Assembly (NCBI GenBank): GCA_964581905.1
Contig: CAZOQJ010000001.1
Coordinates: forward strand, 21,653 to 85,652
Origin: an uncultured Pirellulales bacterium
Lineage (GTDB): Bacteria; Planctomycetota; Phycisphaerae; Sedimentisphaerales; Anaerobacaceae
Length of the DNA: 64,000 nucleotides
Direction of reading: 5' to 3'
Both the position numbers and the translations under genes were made by a program. The notes beneath the pieces are model-generated. The model did not search any database and was not told where the DNA came from. It was given only the letters and a program-made list of their open reading frames with translations. Position 1 is the first letter of the stretch, and each line of letters begins with the position of its first letter. Of the stretch, positions 61,563 to 64,000 are shown piece after piece.

Positions 61563-64000
61563 TTAACATTCGCTTCTCGCTGTATTGCGTGCTTTCCGCT
61601 TTCGTGCATCTCGGCACGTAATTACTATCATCACCATAATATACCCCACGTATGGCAGTAAAAATTCGACAATGTTGCCCTGGCGGTTAGGAGACATTGC
61701 GCAACCTCCACCGCCGCCGCCACCTCCTCCGATGATATCACCAACAGAGCCGCCAACGATAAATTGTGTCAAGTGTGTAGTCTTGAAACGTAGAGCATGT
61801 AAGGTCGAAGATATCTCGATATTCTCAATGTCTGTTATCCCTTGCTGACTGAGTGTGCCGGTAAGCGGATTATACCAGTATGCTGAAGTTGGATTATCAG
61901 AGTTCGAAACCTCATATGGTATGGTGATTGTAACCGGCTGGTCGAAATTTATCCCGCTCGGCCCGAATTCGTATGGCAGACTGAAACACTCAAGCGAAAA
62001 CTCTGGTGGATTTTTTACCCTTGATATCGTAATCTTTATATCACATGCATAAGCCCCTGCTGGCACTATGATAGAAACATCGTTCACACCATCTATGTTA
62101 GCTGGCTCAGTACCGACTGTTTCGTCTAAAGAAGTAGAAGCATCCTTTGATGCTAATGCGTTAGATTCTATGAAAGTGCTTCCAGCATAATAAATATCTG
62201 TACTTGTGTTTCTACTATCAGCCCATACCATATACGGATGGCCGTATATGTCTGCTCCAATTGCCGGTTCACTTTGGTTCGCATTCGAGCCGTCGTCGCC
62301 TATGAGCGCATTTGTTTTACTGCTGGAACCTGCCTCAACAAAGTACAAATCTGTATCTGTATTGCGTTCATCCTGCCAACACGCGAAAACCTTTAAGTTA
62401 TTGCCTGTGCTGCCTGTAACAGTAACAGTTGGTTGCCGCTGGTCGGCGCTGGAGGTATCGTCTATAATAGAACTGCCTGTCAAAGGACTGGCTGGCAAGC
62501 CATTTGAAGATGCATAATATATGTCCCTATTGCCGGATGTATCATCAACCCACAGCAAATGCAAAATGGACCCAATAGCTTCAGTAGCAATTGCAGGACT
62601 TGATTGGTTATTTGCATTGCTTACTATCGCCACATTAGTCCAGGGGCCATTGTTTGAAGCCGCTCCATAAATGTCATTTGAGCCGCCTCTTGCATCTGTC
62701 CACACTACGTAAATCGTATTGTCAGAGTCTGCAACAACAGCTGGTTCGGTTTGGTCGGAGCTATCAGAGGTTATTCGTGAAATTGTTGTTACAAAATCGT
62801 TGCTCGATGAAGCTACATAGATATCCTGATTACCTGCTTGGTCATCCTGCCAGACAACGTATGCAGTCTTCGATACAGAGCTGTCAACAACTATAGCAGG
62901 ATTGACCTGATTGTCGTTAGAGTCGGTGATACTTTTTTCGGTAGCCCAGTTTATTCCGTCAGTAGACGTCGATATGTAGATATCCCAATTTTCCCTCCTG
63001 TTATCCTGCCATACCACGTAGAGCTTGTCATCAGCATCTACCGCAATAGCAGCGTTACACTGGTCAGTATTATTACTTGTTAGCTGAACGCTGCTGTCAA
63101 AGTTGTTTGCTCCCGCTGTAAGTTTGCCGATATATACATCTCGACTGCCCGTTTGACCTGCATGCCAGGCTACCCAAATGTCACCGCTGCTGTCTCGTAC
63201 CGTTGAAGGTGTATCACTTGAGTTATCTGAGCCTGAATTGACCTTCTTATTTTGGCCGAATGAACGCATCTCGGTCTGGAAGGAGTATGAATACTCACTC
63301 ATGACATTGCCTGCGATGTCTGTAGCGTTTACCGTAACAGCAACTGTCTGGTCGAAATCAAACATGTCATTCGCCTGATAGATGAACCTATAATCAGCTT
63401 TCGTGCCCACCCTGCGGCAATGGCCGTATTCACTGCTATAGTCGGCTGTATTACCTGTGTACACAGTATTGTTGTTGACTTTAATAGTTATCGAATTGGC
63501 ATCAACGCCTTTGCCGGAATCTACGATATGTAACGTTACTAAATTATTTATGGGCACTTGTATAGCATCAGCAGCCGGCGAACAGTTATTAACGCTCGGT
63601 GCAGACGTATCAGCGCTAACAGTTATTGTAATCGATTCAGAATCTTGGGCGTTGTCGTCGCTTGCAATGAAAGTAACTTCATAACTGCCTATTTGGCCGT
63701 CATTTGGAGTCCAGCTAAAGGTTTGGTTGGCAAACGTCGCTCCGCTGGGTAAACCTCCTGTTGAATACGTTATTGTATCGCTGTCAGGGTCGGTTGCGCT
63801 CACAGTGAAAGTTAAAGAATCGTCTGTGTAAACTGATTGGTTGCCAATTGTACTCAGTACAGGTGCTCGGTTAGTATTGCTTACTGTTATGGCAATCGTC
63901 TCAGAATCCTGGGCCTGACCATCGCTGGCAGTAAAGGTTACCTGGTGGTTTCCTGCCTGATTGTAACCGGGCGTCCATGTAAATGCCTGGCCGACAAATA
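61563..64000 (-). CDS. large secreted/surface protein (5' end outside the window): Ig/cadherin-like repeats + 7-bladed propeller-like repeats + Gly9-Cys/TM/basic C-terminal tail
   Basis: I translated the frame upstream of the tracked GTG and it stays open to position 64000, adding a second copy of the F.W.P...Q.G...VTF.ASDG.AQDSE.I.ITV repeat. There are seven repeats ending in DIY/DVY/DLY (e.g. YVVWQDNRRENWDIYISTSTDG). C-terminus GGGGGGGGGC-AMSPNRQGN-IVEFLLPYVGYIMVMIVIT-CRDARKRKARN. Confidence 0.8.
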   Translation of the reverse strand, partial: FVGQAFTWTPGYNQAGNHQVTFTASDGQAQDSETIAITVSNTNRAPVLSTIGNQSVYTDDSLTFTVSATDPDSDTITYSTGGLPSGATFANQTFSWTPNDGQIGSYEVTFIASDDNAQDSESITITVSADTSAPSVNNCSPAADAIQVPINNLVTLHIVDSGKGVDANSITIKVNNNTVYTGNTADYSSEYGHCRRVGTKADYRFIYQANDMFDFDQTVAVTVNATDIAGNVMSEYSYSFQTEMRSFGQNKKVNSGSDNSSDTPSTVRDSSGDIWVAWHAGQTGSRDVYIGKLTAGANNFDSSVQLTSNNTDQCNAAIAVDADDKLYVVWQDNRRENWDIYISTSTDGINWATEKSITDSNDNQVNPAIVVDSSVSKTAYVVWQDDQAGNQDIYVASSSNDFVTTISRITSDSSDQTEPAVVADSDNTIYVVWTDARGGSNDIYGAASNNGPWTNVAIVSNANNQSSPAIATEAIGSILHLLWVDDTSGNRDIYYASSNGLPASPLTGSSIIDDTSSADQRQPTVTVTGSTGNNLKVFACWQDERNTDTDLYFVEAGSSSKTNALIGDDGSNANQSEPAIGADIYGHPYMVWADSRNTSTDIYYAGSTFIESNALASKDASTSLDETVGTEPANIDGVNDVSIIVPAGAYACDIKITISRVKNPPEFSLECFSLPYEFGPSGINFDQPVTITIPYEVSNSDNPTSAYWYNPLTGTLSQQGITDIENIEISSTLHALRFKTTHLTQFIVGGSVGDIIGGGGGGGGGCAMSPNRQGNIVEFLLPYVGYIMVMIVITCRDARKRKARNTARSEC

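Overview
This 64-kb window comes from a diderm bacterium and is moderately AT-rich. The taxon cannot be fixed from the sequence alone. The pseudopilin-rich T2SS and TPR/GT-rich content would fit a PVC-type or similar lineage, but that is a guess. The window is dominated by a flagellar regulon split into blocks. (1) flgG-flgA-flgH-flgI-flgJ(rod-binding only)-flgN-like-flgK-flgL lie on the + strand at 0.1-7.9 kb. (2) An ~18-kb glycosyl-/methyl-transferase island at 8.1-25.9 kb sits between flgL and fliD. It holds TPR-GT proteins, a radical SAM gene, gene-decay scars and two giant multi-catalytic proteins of about 1,185 aa and 2,362 aa. (3) fliD follows. (4) A long minus-strand block reads flgB-flgC-fliE-fliF-fliG-fliH-fliI-fliJ-motE/ylxF-like-motA-motB-motB', then a sigma-54-type promoter, then fliO-P-Q-R-flhB (28.4-41.7 kb). 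(5) fliK is divergent, followed by a TPR-GT9-like gene and two minus-strand GTs. (6) flagellin-fliS comes next. (7) A complete minus-strand type II secretion system gspC-D-E-F-G-I-J-K-L-M spans 49.9-60.5 kb. It is immediately preceded by a CPBP-family intramembrane protease. That protease is translationally coupled to a large Ig-repeat/7-blade-propeller surface protein ending in an unusual Gly9-Cys / TM helix / Arg-Lys tail. I consider this substrate-protease-T2SS arrangement the best candidate for an undescribed protein-sorting system. Other notable points are near-perfect sigma-54 (-24/-12) promoters and a shared sigma-28-type motif in front of fliD and flagellin. There are also several families of short GC-rich or hairpin repeats confined mostly to intergenic spacers, a 29-nt repeat shared between the flgA coding sequence and a distant spacer, and DNA-level tandem repeats inside gspG and the CPBP gene. 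No rRNA, tRNA, CRISPR array, transposase or integrase was recognised.
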